The notes: generated by a model not told the origin, from the letters alone. A DNA stretch of 64,000 nt from Candidatus Nanohaloarchaea archaeon (GCA_041640035.1 JBEQBC010000001.1:128001-192000), one strand, 5' to 3'; shown: positions 9,490-19,533, counted from the first letter of the stretch. Numbers and translations: made by a program.

Positions 9490-10158
9490 TTATTCTGTAG
9501 CTAGTGACTTCAGTTTGTCTAGCCCATCGATGCTGAAGTCAGGCTGTACATCACCTTCAACATGTTCGCGGTTTAGCCATGCGGATTTCATGTTGGCTCT
9601 GTTCGCTGCTATGACATCTGATTCTGCGTCTCCAACATAGAGGATTGGATCTCTCTTGATCTCAATCTTCGCGATCTCAAGGTGGTTCGGGTTCGGTTTT
9701 CGGGCCTGAAGGTCTTCGAAGCTTCTTACGCCCATGTAGAAGTGGAAATATTTCTTTAAACTAAACTCTTCGATTGTGGCTTCGACTGCGTCCTCTGGAG
9801 CGTTGCTGATTATACCCATCTTGATATCTTCTTGGTGGAGCTCCTCGATTAACTGTTTGGCGCCGTCGAAAAGCTGGATATCACCGTTCTTAATTCTCTG
9901 TCTTCTTTTCAGGGTGGTTTCCTGAGCTACTTCGGTCCAGACCTTTTTCGGACTGAGTCCCAAGTTGTTACAGGCTTTGATGCATTCCTTGTATCCTTGA
10001 TCTCCCAGGATCGCGCCCAGTGTTTTCTTGTCTATTTTGTCGGCGTCAACGCCTTTGCTTCGGATCACTTTTCTTACTGCATCCCATTTCCACTCATCAT
10101 CGGTCATGGAGTCGAGAAGGACTCCATCCATATCGAAAACCACTGCGTTGAAGCTCAT
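9490..10158 (-). CDS. HAD-family hydrolase
   Basis: FDMDGVLLDS, ISN, KPNP, VGDAESD. Confidence 0.92.
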   Translation of the reverse strand: MSFNAVVFDMDGVLLDSMTDDEWKWDAVRKVIRSKGVDADKIDKKTLGAILGDQGYKECIKACNNLGLSPKKVWTEVAQETTLKRRQRIKNGDIQLFDGAKQLIEELHQEDIKMGIISNAPEDAVEATIEEFSLKKYFHFYMGVRSFEDLQARKPNPNHLEIAKIEIKRDPILYVGDAESDVIAANRANMKSAWLNREHVEGDVQPDFSIDGLDKLKSLATE

Positions 10159-10281
10159 CTATAACTTCAAATAATTACCCACAAACTTAAACCTGTAACC
10201 GCTTACAACGGTACTTCGAACAATATTTCCAGCCTATTGAAAAATATACACTTCAAAAACCAAATATACTCGGTAAATTTT

Positions 10282-10370
10282 GCCAGCGTGGCGGAGTCTG
10301 GTTGAACGCGGCAGATTCGAGATCTGCTGGGACATACCGTCCCTCCCCGGTTCAAATCCGGGCGCTGGCG
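10282..10370 (+). tRNA. tRNA-Ser(CGA)
   Basis: Acceptor GCCAGCG/CGCTGGC, G73; anticodon arm GCAGA-TTCGAGA-TCTGC; long variable arm GGGAC/GTCCC; GGTTCAAATCC. Confidence 0.96.
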
Positions 10371-10636
10371 CTCTAACTTTCTCTAGTTTCTGTAGGGATA
10401 TCTTTCTTTAAGGAGATTTCTTCAGCTAATTTCTATCGATATCTATAAAATGCTGTAGAATAGTCTTGTTATCTAGATAGCTATTTTTCCGTTACTAATT
10501 TTATTATTAAGATAGAATTAATCTGTTTTGATTTAATTAATTTGATTTGAAGACTTGAAATTGTTTATGAAGCCTGTATTGACCGTTAAATATTTAAGAA
10601 TTACTTGATAAAGTTGTTACTGCAAGGTGGCTAAAA

Positions 10637-11272
10637 ATGAATGGGGAATTTGACAACGGTGAAATGGACTTTGACGATGTATCCGAAACCCTGGAAGAAG
10701 AGGAAAATGATGGAATAGTCTCCCGAGCAAAAGAGGTAGGAGAGGAGATCTACGACTTCGCATCAGAAGCAGTCGGCCCATCAACTGCAGTGACAGTGCC
10801 TGTAGGAGCAGGTGCAGCAGCACTGACAAACCAGCCAATAGAAGTAGGAGCAGGAGCAGGAGTATCAGCATCCCTACTATACGAGGCAGCTAAACACCAG
10901 AAGGAAACCAACCGAGACTTCGACCTGGAAGATGGAGCATTCCTCGGAGGACTAACAGCGATGGGCCCGGTTGGAGGATACGCAGCATCAAAAAGAGATG
11001 AAATCGCAGAATACGCAGGTGAAGGTGTAGATACAGCGATCGACGCTGGACAGTCAGCTTACCAGACAGCTACAGAGGCAGGTGCTCAGGCAGCAAACTA
11101 TGTGATGGCGGAAGGACCACAGTTAGCGAATGAAGCAGTTGCCTCAGCTGGAGATGCAGCAGTCGGTGTAGGAGCAGGACTAGCAACCATCATGGGAGGA
11201 GCACTCGCCTATGGAAAGGCAAAGCAAGAGTTAACTGAAGATAGAGACTGGGAGATGGATGAGGAATACTAG
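10637..11272 (+). CDS. Ala/Gly-rich acidic hypothetical protein with glycine-zipper-like segments
   Basis: 211 aa, native codon usage, upstream TATTTAAG. Confidence 0.8.
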   Translation: MNGEFDNGEMDFDDVSETLEEEENDGIVSRAKEVGEEIYDFASEAVGPSTAVTVPVGAGAAALTNQPIEVGAGAGVSASLLYEAAKHQKETNRDFDLEDGAFLGGLTAMGPVGGYAASKRDEIAEYAGEGVDTAIDAGQSAYQTATEAGAQAANYVMAEGPQLANEAVASAGDAAVGVGAGLATIMGGALAYGKAKQELTEDRDWEMDEEY

Positions 11273-11286
11273 TTATTTCCCCTTCT

Positions 11287-11733
11287 TTATTCCCACATTT
11301 CTATGAAGTTGTCTACACGGTCTTCGAGTATGTCTGATGCGTATCTCCTGAATTTATTCGTTGTGCTTTCATCTACCTCGTACTGGTCTTTTTCTATAAG
11401 TCCGCTATCTTCTAGTACATCGAGGTGGGCGGATACGGTGGCAGGTGATTTGCCAACTTTATCTGATATTTCTGTTAGTTTTGAGTTCTGCTGGAGGTAG
11501 TAAAGTATTTCTCCTCGTGGTGAGTGGTTTAGCGCTGCCAGCAGGTTGCGGTCTTCTTCATCGGTTTCTTGTGGGTAGAATCTTCTGTAGCCGCGGATTT
11601 TCTCTTCCTCGATGTTGTCAAGGTTTCGGATGTGGTGGTTGATTGTGGATTTGGAGCATCCTACCTTTCTTTCCAGCTCTCTGAAATGTATTCCCGGTGA
11701 TTTCTGTACCGTGTTCTCGATTTTCTGTTTCAT
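11287..11733 (-). CDS. Double winged-HTH transcriptional regulator
   Basis: PGIHFRELERKVGCSKSTINHH and TEISDKVGKSPATVSAHL; true start MKQKIE at 11733 overlaps the upstream stop (ATGA). Confidence 0.85.
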   Translation of the reverse strand: MKQKIENTVQKSPGIHFRELERKVGCSKSTINHHIRNLDNIEEEKIRGYRRFYPQETDEEDRNLLAALNHSPRGEILYYLQQNSKLTEISDKVGKSPATVSAHLDVLEDSGLIEKDQYEVDESTTNKFRRYASDILEDRVDNFIEMWE

Positions 11734-11996
11734 CTGGTTGTACCTCTGTAGAACAGCAGCAGTATTGCCAGCGTTATTATGTGGTTTATCCAGGTGACCT
11801 CTGATTTGATGAACGCCATGTTGGTCAAGATGATTAGTTCGTTTACCGCGAATAATCCGAAAGCTGAGAATATGTACAGGAACTTCTCTGTCTCCTTGCG
11901 TTTGTATGACAGGTATGAAACTGTGAGAAGGAACACTGAGACTATCAAAGTCACTGTATGCAGGAACATATCTACAAGCATATTTTCGTGCATCAT
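11730..11996 (-). CDS. Small 3-TM membrane protein coupled to the HTH regulator
   Basis: Three TMs with SYKRK...FLY..SAF pattern; ATGA coupling. Confidence 0.8.
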   Translation of the reverse strand: MMHENMLVDMFLHTVTLIVSVFLLTVSYLSYKRKETEKFLYIFSAFGLFAVNELIILTNMAFIKSEVTWINHIITLAILLLFYRGTTR

Positions 11997-12058
11997 TTCT
12001 CAGGTATCCCTCACAGAAACTGTATTTGTAGGCGAACACTGTTATTTCTTTAGGTCGT

Positions 12059-12607
12059 TTACAGGTTGTTAACTATTTCTTTCAGTTCGTATGGATGTCC
12101 TCTCATACCCAGTTTTCTGATGGTGGCCTCTGATAATGCGCTGATTACCGGATTGTTCTTGAGGAAGTCGTCCTCGCTTGTTATTATGTCACCAATCGAG
12201 TAGATGAAAGTATTGTAAAGTATCTCGGAAACCTTCTCCGGATCGTTGCACTGGCTGATCGCTACCTGGAAGAACTCTTCACCTAACTGTTCGGCTCGCT
12301 CCGTTCTTTCATTAAGTATATCTCTTTCCTCGCTGTCTTTCTCAAGTTCTTCCTTCAGGCTTTCAACCCAGAAAACTGAGATACCATGGTAATCTACCTC
12401 GTAGTACTGTGCCCGGGTTCTTTTTCCTCGCTCTACAAAATCTTTTTCCGTCAGGTTGGTCAGCGCCCGGCATATTGAGGACTGTGGTTTCCCTAACTGT
12501 TCTGCAATATTTTTGCCATAATCCCCTTCATCCTTTCCAGCCAGCAGTTTAAGAATATCGCAGGCTAGTTCAGAGTTCAGGACCGGGTTAGATTCCTCTG
12601 AGTTCAC
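12059..12607 (-). CDS. Winged-HTH transcriptional regulator (ArsR/MarR-like N-terminus)
   Basis: YGKNIAEQLGKPQSSICRALTNL...VERGKR. Confidence 0.8.
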   Translation of the reverse strand: MNSEESNPVLNSELACDILKLLAGKDEGDYGKNIAEQLGKPQSSICRALTNLTEKDFVERGKRTRAQYYEVDYHGISVFWVESLKEELEKDSEERDILNERTERAEQLGEEFFQVAISQCNDPEKVSEILYNTFIYSIGDIITSEDDFLKNNPVISALSEATIRKLGMRGHPYELKEIVNNL

Positions 12608-12678
12608 TTCTAACGATTTAGATTTTACCTATACTTTAAAAAATATGGTTCACATCGTATGTTATAGGTTGATTTGAA

Positions 12679-12885
12679 ATGGAATTTTCAGTTAGAAGTA
12701 TGAAACTGCTCCTGAAAGAGAACACATCAAAAAGAGTAAGCGAAGACTCAGCAGAAGCACTCGGCGAACAACTAGAAGAATTCGCTGAAGAAGTTGCTTC
12801 AGGCTCTATAGACGAAGCAAATGAAGATGGAAGAAAAACAGTTCGAGCAGAAGACATCAGACAAGCCCTACTGAAAGCAGAATAA
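12679..12885 (+). CDS. Archaeal histone (single fold, acidic)
   Basis: KRVSEDSAEAL and GRKTVRAEDI histone-fold motifs; 68 aa. Confidence 0.92.
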   Translation: MEFSVRSMKLLLKENTSKRVSEDSAEALGEQLEEFAEEVASGSIDEANEDGRKTVRAEDIRQALLKAE

Positions 12886-12933
12886 GTTTTTCAGTACATC
12901 ATCTTTTTATTTGTCTTTTTCGCATTTTAATTT

Positions 12934-13563
12934 ATGAATAAGATTTTCTTATCAGGTATTCTTGCAGCAGTGGTTATCATATCTGGGTGCACCCAGTCTA
13001 CAACTCCTTCACAGGATGGAGGCCAGGGTGAGTTCGAACTACTGGTCAGTGATCAGCCGACAGAGATAAGCCAGTTCGACTATGTGAGAACCACATTATC
13101 TGAAGCAAGAGTCTACCAATCAAACACTTCAGAGAACCAGACCGATGAGTACCAGACCATCGAACTGGAACCAAACACAACAGTAGATCTAAGACAGCTC
13201 CAAGGAGACAAAGCAACCTCAATCATCAACGAAACACTGGAAGCAGGCAACCACACTGCAGTACACATCTCAGTAACCGATGTAAACGCATCGATCGACG
13301 GAGAATCAGCAGATGTAATGATCCCAAGTGAAAGACTGAAGATAAACCAGGAATTCACTGTAACTCCAAACGAGACAACTTCATTCGTATTCGACATAAA
13401 TGTAGTCCGCAGAGGACAGTCTGGCTCATACAACCTTCTACCGGTAATCTCTGAAAGTGGAGTAGTCGGTGAAGATGTAGAAGTCGAACGAGTTCCAAGA
13501 GACAGAGGACCTCAGAACAGTACAGGAGATCAGGCTCCTGAGACACCTGCAGAAGCTCCATAA
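12934..13563 (+). CDS. DUF4382-like lipoprotein
   Basis: Lipobox ISGC; LLVSDQP, VDL..L, PSERLKI and FVFD pattern. Confidence 0.8.
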   Translation: MNKIFLSGILAAVVIISGCTQSTTPSQDGGQGEFELLVSDQPTEISQFDYVRTTLSEARVYQSNTSENQTDEYQTIELEPNTTVDLRQLQGDKATSIINETLEAGNHTAVHISVTDVNASIDGESADVMIPSERLKINQEFTVTPNETTSFVFDINVVRRGQSGSYNLLPVISESGVVGEDVEVERVPRDRGPQNSTGDQAPETPAEAP

Positions 13564-13645
13564 AAGCTTAGATCATCTTTTCACTTTTTCTTCTTATACT
13601 GTTAAAATAGAAAGAGGATATGTAGTGTCGAAAATGTTGACTTTT

Positions 13646-13936
13646 CTAGATAGGAGGCATGTCGTCGTCTGGAGGCATTCCTTCGCCCATTCCCTGATCA
13701 GGTCCGCCGACAGGATCGTCCATCGGTTGTTCCTGAACCTGGTCCATAAGTTCTCTGATCTCATCGATCAGTTTCTGAAGAGATCTCTCGGAGTCAGGAT
13801 CCTGGATCTCTGATTCAAGCTCGCTTATCTTGCCTTCAAGCTCTCTGGTGGTGTCGGAACGCGGCATCGTCTCTATGATCATCTCTGCGGAATCAAGTAC
13901 GGCTTCAGCCTCCTCCTTTGTTTCTGCTAGACTCAT
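13646..13936 (-). CDS. Hypothetical acidic helical protein
   Basis: 96 aa; SD AGGTGA upstream; Pro/Gly/Met tail. Confidence 0.75.
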   Translation of the reverse strand: MSLAETKEEAEAVLDSAEMIIETMPRSDTTRELEGKISELESEIQDPDSERSLQKLIDEIRELMDQVQEQPMDDPVGGPDQGMGEGMPPDDDMPPI

Positions 13937-14027
13937 TTGATAATCACCTTGAGGTATTGTCTGAAGGGAATTTTTACTGGATGCGTTTTTTACTTCCCCT
14001 GTGCATCCAACTAAAACGAAATTCTTT

Positions 14028-15161
14028 TTAAATCCTTACTTTTTCAGCCTCTGAAAACAGCTTCTCCACCGTTTCCTCAAAATCAATCCGGTCCTTCAAC
14101 TCCTCAAACCGTTCAGCTTTAAGCTCGGTCGAAGGATTATCCGGAGAAATACTTCTACAGGCAGAATCAATTTTCGAATACTCAAAAGTACCGATCTCCT
14201 TAGCAGACTCCACTATACTGCTCTTATCCTCAGTCAAAAGAGGACGATGAACAGGCATATATAGCTCGCCTGAAGTATTATACAGATTCGTAGGTGTCTG
14301 TGATGATTTCTGACCTATCGCCTCTCCCGTCACCAATCCCTTCAAACCTTCTTCCTCAGCTATCCTTTCAGCTACCTTGAACATCAACGCCCTATGGATA
14401 ACCATCCGGCCTTTACCTACTTCATCCATCAACTTCTGGTTAATCTCATCCATATCAATTCTGTAGTAAAACCATTTCTTGGAGGGATGAAACTTCTTCA
14501 GTTCTTTTATAGACTGTTCAAAACGCATTAAATGGTCTTCAGCCGCTATGGGACGGTTGTAAAAGTAAATCGGCAGTACAGAGCTTCCACGCCTCATAAC
14601 CTCGAAAGCAGCTACCGGAGAATCGATACCTCCGCTTACAAGAGCTGCCAAACTACTTTCCACGCCCACAGGCAGACCGCCAACACCCTCTATCCGCTCG
14701 GTGAAAATATAGGTTTTTTCTTCCCGTATATCGACTCCTACCCATGTCTCAGGATTATCTAGATCAACAGAAGCATCTGTTTCCTCTTCAACAAATGCTC
14801 CAAGCTTTTCAGCGACTTCCTGGCTGTCGAAGCTGTGCTGGCCTGATCTATTAGTATCTATACCGAAGGTGTCTCCGATATCCAGTTGCTTTACGGTTTC
14901 TTTCATCGACTCGATATTCGAACTGGTTTCGATGCATGGTGAGGTTGATGCTACTCCTGGTGTTTCTGCTGCTATTTCTGCTGCTTCTCTACTTGTTTCT
15001 CTGATTATTAGTCTTCCTGGTGATTCGCTTACCTTGCTGAATTCTATTTCTTCATGTTCAAGTCGGTTGTTTACTCTCTGTCTGAGCGCCTGACGCATCT
15101 TTGATCTTACGCCGCCGGACTTGCTTCCTATCTCAGAGTACCTTACAACAACGGTGTTCAT
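14028..15161 (-). CDS. thiI: tRNA 4-thiouridine synthase
   Basis: VRYSEI.SK, THUMP domain, GGLPVG, PP-loop SGGIDSPVA, GEAIGQKSSQT. Confidence 0.93.
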   Translation of the reverse strand: MNTVVVRYSEIGSKSGGVRSKMRQALRQRVNNRLEHEEIEFSKVSESPGRLIIRETSREAAEIAAETPGVASTSPCIETSSNIESMKETVKQLDIGDTFGIDTNRSGQHSFDSQEVAEKLGAFVEEETDASVDLDNPETWVGVDIREEKTYIFTERIEGVGGLPVGVESSLAALVSGGIDSPVAAFEVMRRGSSVLPIYFYNRPIAAEDHLMRFEQSIKELKKFHPSKKWFYYRIDMDEINQKLMDEVGKGRMVIHRALMFKVAERIAEEEGLKGLVTGEAIGQKSSQTPTNLYNTSGELYMPVHRPLLTEDKSSIVESAKEIGTFEYSKIDSACRSISPDNPSTELKAERFEELKDRIDFEETVEKLFSEAEKVRI

Positions 15162-15240
15162 CTTGTTCTAACAGTGAGAAATGAAAATTAATAAGGAATG
15201 AAGGTGATAAGTGGGAAAAACTAGGTTTATCCGTGAAGTT

Positions 15241-15603
15241 TTATTCGCTGATCTCGGCGAACGCGAACTTTCTTCCGACGGATGTAACCTCTACATCGTA
15301 GGCTTCTCCTACTTCTCCACCGGGTACGAAGATTACGAATCCTTCTTTTCTGGCGATTCCGTCTCCTTTGCTTCCAAGGTCTTCGATCTCTACTTCTACA
15401 ATTTCGCCTTCGGAGACAGGTTTGTCAAAGTCTTCTTCTTCCTCTGCTTCCTGCTCTTCAGTCTCTTCTACTTCTTCTGCTTCCTCTGTTTCTTCTTCGA
15501 CTGTCTCTTCCTCGACAGGTTCCTCAACCTGCTCTTCTTCAACATTTTCTTCCTGATTTTCAACTTCTTCAACTTGTTCTTCGCGTTCAGAATCTTCTGA
15601 CAT
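15241..15603 (-). CDS. TRAM-domain RNA-binding protein with acidic N-terminal extension
   Basis: PV.EG...[24 protein letters not shown]...FAFAE; start moved to MSEDSE. Confidence 0.9.
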   Translation of the reverse strand: MSEDSEREEQVEEVENQEENVEEEQVEEPVEEETVEEETEEAEEVEETEEQEAEEEEDFDKPVSEGEIVEVEIEDLGSKGDGIARKEGFVIFVPGGEVGEAYDVEVTSVGRKFAFAEISE

Positions 15604-15725
15604 GATCTGTATAACACCTGTAAAATATGCTGCTAGTAAACAGATAACTACTTTCAAAACTTTATAAAAACAGCCGTAACCCGTTTCAGTCAATCATTTA
15701 ATTACAGAGACAACAAAAACAGTTT

Positions 15726-16394
15726 ATGCCGCCTCAAGGAGATCAATGCGTATTCTGCCAGTTGATCAACAACCCGGAACAGCTGAAACTAGTAGGAGAA
15801 ACAGAAAACTTCTACGCCTGGCTCGAAGTAAACCCTCGTGCCAAAGGCCACACGATGGTAGTACCCAAAGAACACATAGAATCAGTGATGGAATTTTCCC
15901 CAGCAGAATACGACGAAGGAATGAAACTAGCCCGGGAAGTAGTAGAAAAAGCAGAAAAAGGCTTAGGAGCAGACGGCGCATCAATCACAGTCAACATCAA
16001 AGAAGCAGGCGGCCAGATGATGCCACACGCATACATACAGGTATTCCCAAGATTCGAAGAAGACGAAAACGCAGGAACACCAACAGGAGCCATATTCCAG
16101 CATAGAGAAGATCTCCAAAGCAAGCTAGGCGAACTCAGCGAATCCATGAGCGGTGTAGATGTAAGCTTCGAGAAACAGAAACAGGAAAAACATCCAGAAA
16201 GCCAGAGATTCAAAGAAGACAGTTCTTCAGATGAGGAAGAAGACGATTCCGAGGACGATGCTGTATCCGGAAAAGCGCCTGGCAGACAGCCGATCACCGG
16301 AAACATCAATCACCACAGTACCTCTGAAAGCGACGAGGATGAAGAAGACCTTACTGACGGAGAGCTGAACGGCAAAAGCATAGAGTGGAAGTAG
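15726..16394 (+). CDS. HIT-family protein with altered histidine triad
   Basis: CVFC, NPRAKGHTMVVPKEH, GQMMPHAYIQVFPR; acidic tail. Confidence 0.85.
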   Translation: MPPQGDQCVFCQLINNPEQLKLVGETENFYAWLEVNPRAKGHTMVVPKEHIESVMEFSPAEYDEGMKLAREVVEKAEKGLGADGASITVNIKEAGGQMMPHAYIQVFPRFEEDENAGTPTGAIFQHREDLQSKLGELSESMSGVDVSFEKQKQEKHPESQRFKEDSSSDEEEDDSEDDAVSGKAPGRQPITGNINHHSTSESDEDEEDLTDGELNGKSIEWK

Positions 16395-16440
16395 CAACCG
16401 GTCAATTCTTTTAACATTTCAGAACTTACTTCTACAGTAT

Positions 16441-19400
16441 ATGGCCGATTACAATCCGCAGAAGATTGAAGACAAGATCGCCCAGTACTGGGACGAAAAT
16501 AATGTTAAACAGAAGGTCCGTGAATCAACGGAAGGAAACGAACCGTTCTTCCTGATCGACGGCCCACCGTACCTGAACGGAAGCCCTCATGTAGGACATA
16601 TGCAGGGAAAGGTCATCAAGGACACAATGCTACGGTTCAAACAGATGCGTGGCTACGATGTCCACGACCAGGCAGGATTCGACACACACGGACTACCAAA
16701 CGAACTAGCAACAGAAGAAGAACTCGGAATCGAAGATAAGAACGAGATCGGAGACAGTATTTCTGCGGAAAAATTCATCAACGAATGCAAAGACAGAGCA
16801 ACATCTGCCAAAGATACATGGCAGGATGTCATGGAGGATCTTGCCGTATGGCAGGACTTCGAAGATCCTTACATGACCTACGACCAGGATTATATCGAGA
16901 CAGCCTGGTGGCTACTACAGAAAACAGATAACCAGGACCTGCTTTACCAGGGAAGAAAACCGATTCACTGGTGTCCAAGATGCCAGACCTCACTTTCCGG
17001 ATACGAGGTAACAGACGAGTACCAGGATGTAGAGGATATCGCAGTATATGTCAAGTTCCCGCTCGAGGATAGAGAAGAGAAAGTCGTTATCTGGACCACA
17101 ACACCTTGGACCATCCCAAGCAACATGGCGGTGTTCACGCATCCAGACTATGTATACGCAGTAGTTGACACCGGAGACGAAAAACTGGTCGTCGCAGAAC
17201 AGCTAGTTGACATAGTAATGGAGAAAGCAGGAGTAGAAAGCTACGAAATCGAAAGAACACTCTCCGGATCCGACCTCAAAGGACTCAAATACCAGACACC
17301 GTTCATCGACGATATACCAAAACAGCAGGAACTGGACGAGGAAGACGGAGTTCACAGAATACATAATTCAGAGGAACTCGTCACACTGGAAGAAGGAACA
17401 GGGCTGGTCCACGCAGCAACAGGACACGGACCAGAGGACTACGAGGAAACACGGCCACTCGGACTACCGGTCTTCTCACCACTCGACAGCGAAGGATACT
17501 ACACAGAAGAAGCCGGCGAGCTAGAAGGAGAAAATGTACTTGAAGTCGATCCAGAGATCGTGGAAAGACTGAAGGAAAAAGAACTTCTTCTACACAGCGA
17601 GCCTTACCAGCATGAATACCCACACTGCTGGAGATGTAAAACAGAACTGATTTACCGGGCTGCTGATCAGTGGTTTATAGAGAACGAGGAAGTCAAGCAG
17701 CGGATGCTTGATGAAAATGAGAAAGTTGACTGGATGCCGGATTCAGCACAGAAACGGTTCCACAACTTCGTATCGGAAAGCCCTGACTGGTGTATCAGCC
17801 GTCAGAACTACTGGGGAATCCCGATCCCGGTATGGGTATGTGAGGACTGTGGAGAATACGAGGTAATCGGCAGCTTCGACCAACTGGAGGAAAAGGTCGA
17901 AGAGCTACCTGAAGACTTCGATCCCCACAAGCATGTGGTAGATGATATCTCATGGAGCTGTGAATGTGGAGGAGAGAAGGAAAGAATACCTGACATATTC
18001 GATGTATGGTACGACTCAGGTATCGCACCTTTCGCCTCACTGCATTATCCTTTCGAGGAGCAGCCTTTCGAGGATATGTGGCCGATGGACTTCATTACTG
18101 AAGCATCAGATCAGATCCGTGGATGGTTCTACCACCTGATGTTCGCAGGAATCCTAGGATTCGACGAAAAACCATACGAGAAAATTCTTTTCCAGGGCTA
18201 TGTACTTGACGCAGAAGGAGAGAAGATGAGCAAAAGCCTAGGAAATGTAGTAGATCCAGCCGACCAGCTGGAGGAGTACGGAGCAGATCTACCACGTTTC
18301 TACCAATTACGACTCGCTCCTCCATGGGAACAGAAGAACTACGATGAAACAGAGATTGAGGAAGAGATCTACCGATTAATGTCTGTCTTCTGGAACACCA
18401 AAGAGTTCTACACCACATATGTAGACGAAAAACCAGAAGAACCAAACCAGCTTGAAGTTGAAGACGAATGGGTTCTCTCACGAATCAACTCGATCACGGA
18501 GATGGCTCCAGAGAAGGTAAACGAGGGAAGATTCCACGAAATCACCCGTGAACTGGAAGAGTTCATCCTCAACGACCTATCACGATGGTATGTCAAAAAA
18601 GTCCGTAGCCGAGTCAAGCAAGGCGATGAAAAAGCACAGTGGACACTAGGAACAGTACTTGAACAACTGAACAAGCTGATGGCGCCATTCACACCGTACA
18701 TAACAGAAAGAGTGTACCAGGACCTGGAAGACGGAGTATCCGTACACCAAGAACAGTATCCAGAACCAGAAGAACGGTTCATCGATGAAGACCTCGAATG
18801 GTACATGGAGCTTTCCCGCGAGATTGTGGAGAAAGCGAACAAACTGCGGGACGAAGAAGAGTACAACCTGCGCTGGCCAGCCAAAAGACTGGTTATTTCA
18901 ACAGATGAAGAAACCGAAGAAGGACTGAAACCGTTGCTTGACCTGATTGAGGACATGGTCAATGTGAAATCCATAGAGTATGGTGAAGTAGCATCCCGAC
19001 TATCCGCCAAACCTGATTACTCAAGCCTTGGTCCAAAGTTCGGAGGTTCAGCTGATGAAGTAGCAACCAAGATAGAAGGCCTGGAACACGACCAGGTAGA
19101 GCAGCTCCGGGACATCGGAGAGATAGAGATCGACGGCTACGATGTAACTCTCGACGATGTAGAAGTCCGCAGCGAGACACGAGGCGATGCACACAGTAAA
19201 AGCTTCGAGGCGGGTGAGGTATTCCTTGACTTGGAGGAAACAAGTGAACTTGTCGAGGAAGCGTTCGTCAGTGAAGTCATCCGTGCGATCCAGGAGAAGC
19301 GGAAAGAAGCAGGTCTGGAAGTACATGACAGGATAAAGCTGTCCTTCCAAGGAGAACAGGAAGTACTGGAGCAACACCTCGAAGATGTTGAAAGCCGTAT

Positions 19401-19503
19401 GAAGATCGATGAGATTGTCTTCGGTGAGGAACTGGAGTACAGTGGCAAGGTTGAGCACCGTGGACTGGAAACCCGGTTCAGTTTCTCCGAGCCTGTCAAT
19501 TAA
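16441..19503 (+). CDS. ileS: Isoleucine--tRNA ligase
   Basis: DGPPY, HVGH, WTTTPWT, GTGLVH, DWCISRQ, KMSKS. Confidence 0.97.
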   Translation: MADYNPQKIEDKIAQYWDENNVKQKVRESTEGNEPFFLIDGPPYLNGSPHVGHMQGKVIKDTMLRFKQMRGYDVHDQAGFDTHGLPNELATEEELGIEDKNEIGDSISAEKFINECKDRATSAKDTWQDVMEDLAVWQDFEDPYMTYDQDYIETAWWLLQKTDNQDLLYQGRKPIHWCPRCQTSLSGYEVTDEYQDVEDIAVYVKFPLEDREEKVVIWTTTPWTIPSNMAVFTHPDYVYAVVDTGDEKLVVAEQLVDIVMEKAGVESYEIERTLSGSDLKGLKYQTPFIDDIPKQQELDEEDGVHRIHNSEELVTLEEGTGLVHAATGHGPEDYEETRPLGLPVFSPLDSEGYYTEEAGELEGENVLEVDPEIVERLKEKELLLHSEPYQHEYPHCWRCKTELIYRAADQWFIENEEVKQRMLDENEKVDWMPDSAQKRFHNFVSESPDWCISRQNYWGIPIPVWVCEDCGEYEVIGSFDQLEEKVEELPEDFDPHKHVVDDISWSCECGGEKERIPDIFDVWYDSGIAPFASLHYPFEEQPFEDMWPMDFITEASDQIRGWFYHLMFAGILGFDEKPYEKILFQGYVLDAEGEKMSKSLGNVVDPADQLEEYGADLPRFYQLRLAPPWEQKNYDETEIEEEIYRLMSVFWNTKEFYTTYVDEKPEEPNQLEVEDEWVLSRINSITEMAPEKVNEGRFHEITRELEEFILNDLSRWYVKKVRSRVKQGDEKAQWTLGTVLEQLNKLMAPFTPYITERVYQDLEDGVSVHQEQYPEPEERFIDEDLEWYMELSREIVEKANKLRDEEEYNLRWPAKRLVISTDEETEEGLKPLLDLIEDMVNVKSIEYGEVASRLSAKPDYSSLGPKFGGSADEVATKIEGLEHDQVEQLRDIGEIEIDGYDVTLDDVEVRSETRGDAHSKSFEAGEVFLDLEETSELVEEAFVSEVIRAIQEKRKEAGLEVHDRIKLSFQGEQEVLEQHLEDVESRMKIDEIVFGEELEYSGKVEHRGLETRFSFSEPVN

Positions 19504-19533
19504 AAAGACTCGACCTCTCCCTTCTTTCTTATT

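Noticed and set aside
11734-12039. N-terminal extension of the 250-aa HTH ORF
   Set aside because: Overlaps the real membrane-protein gene in another frame; HTH homology starts at MKQKIE
12627-12669. ACCTATA/TATAGGT inverted repeat in the regulator-histone promoter
   Set aside because: Only 7 bp with a 29-nt spacer in AT-rich DNA; likely chance
15211-15600. Phe/Leu-rich apparent membrane ORF
   Set aside because: Antisense of the GAA-rich acidic TRAM gene; the same applies to the many Ser-rich antisense ORFs in the track
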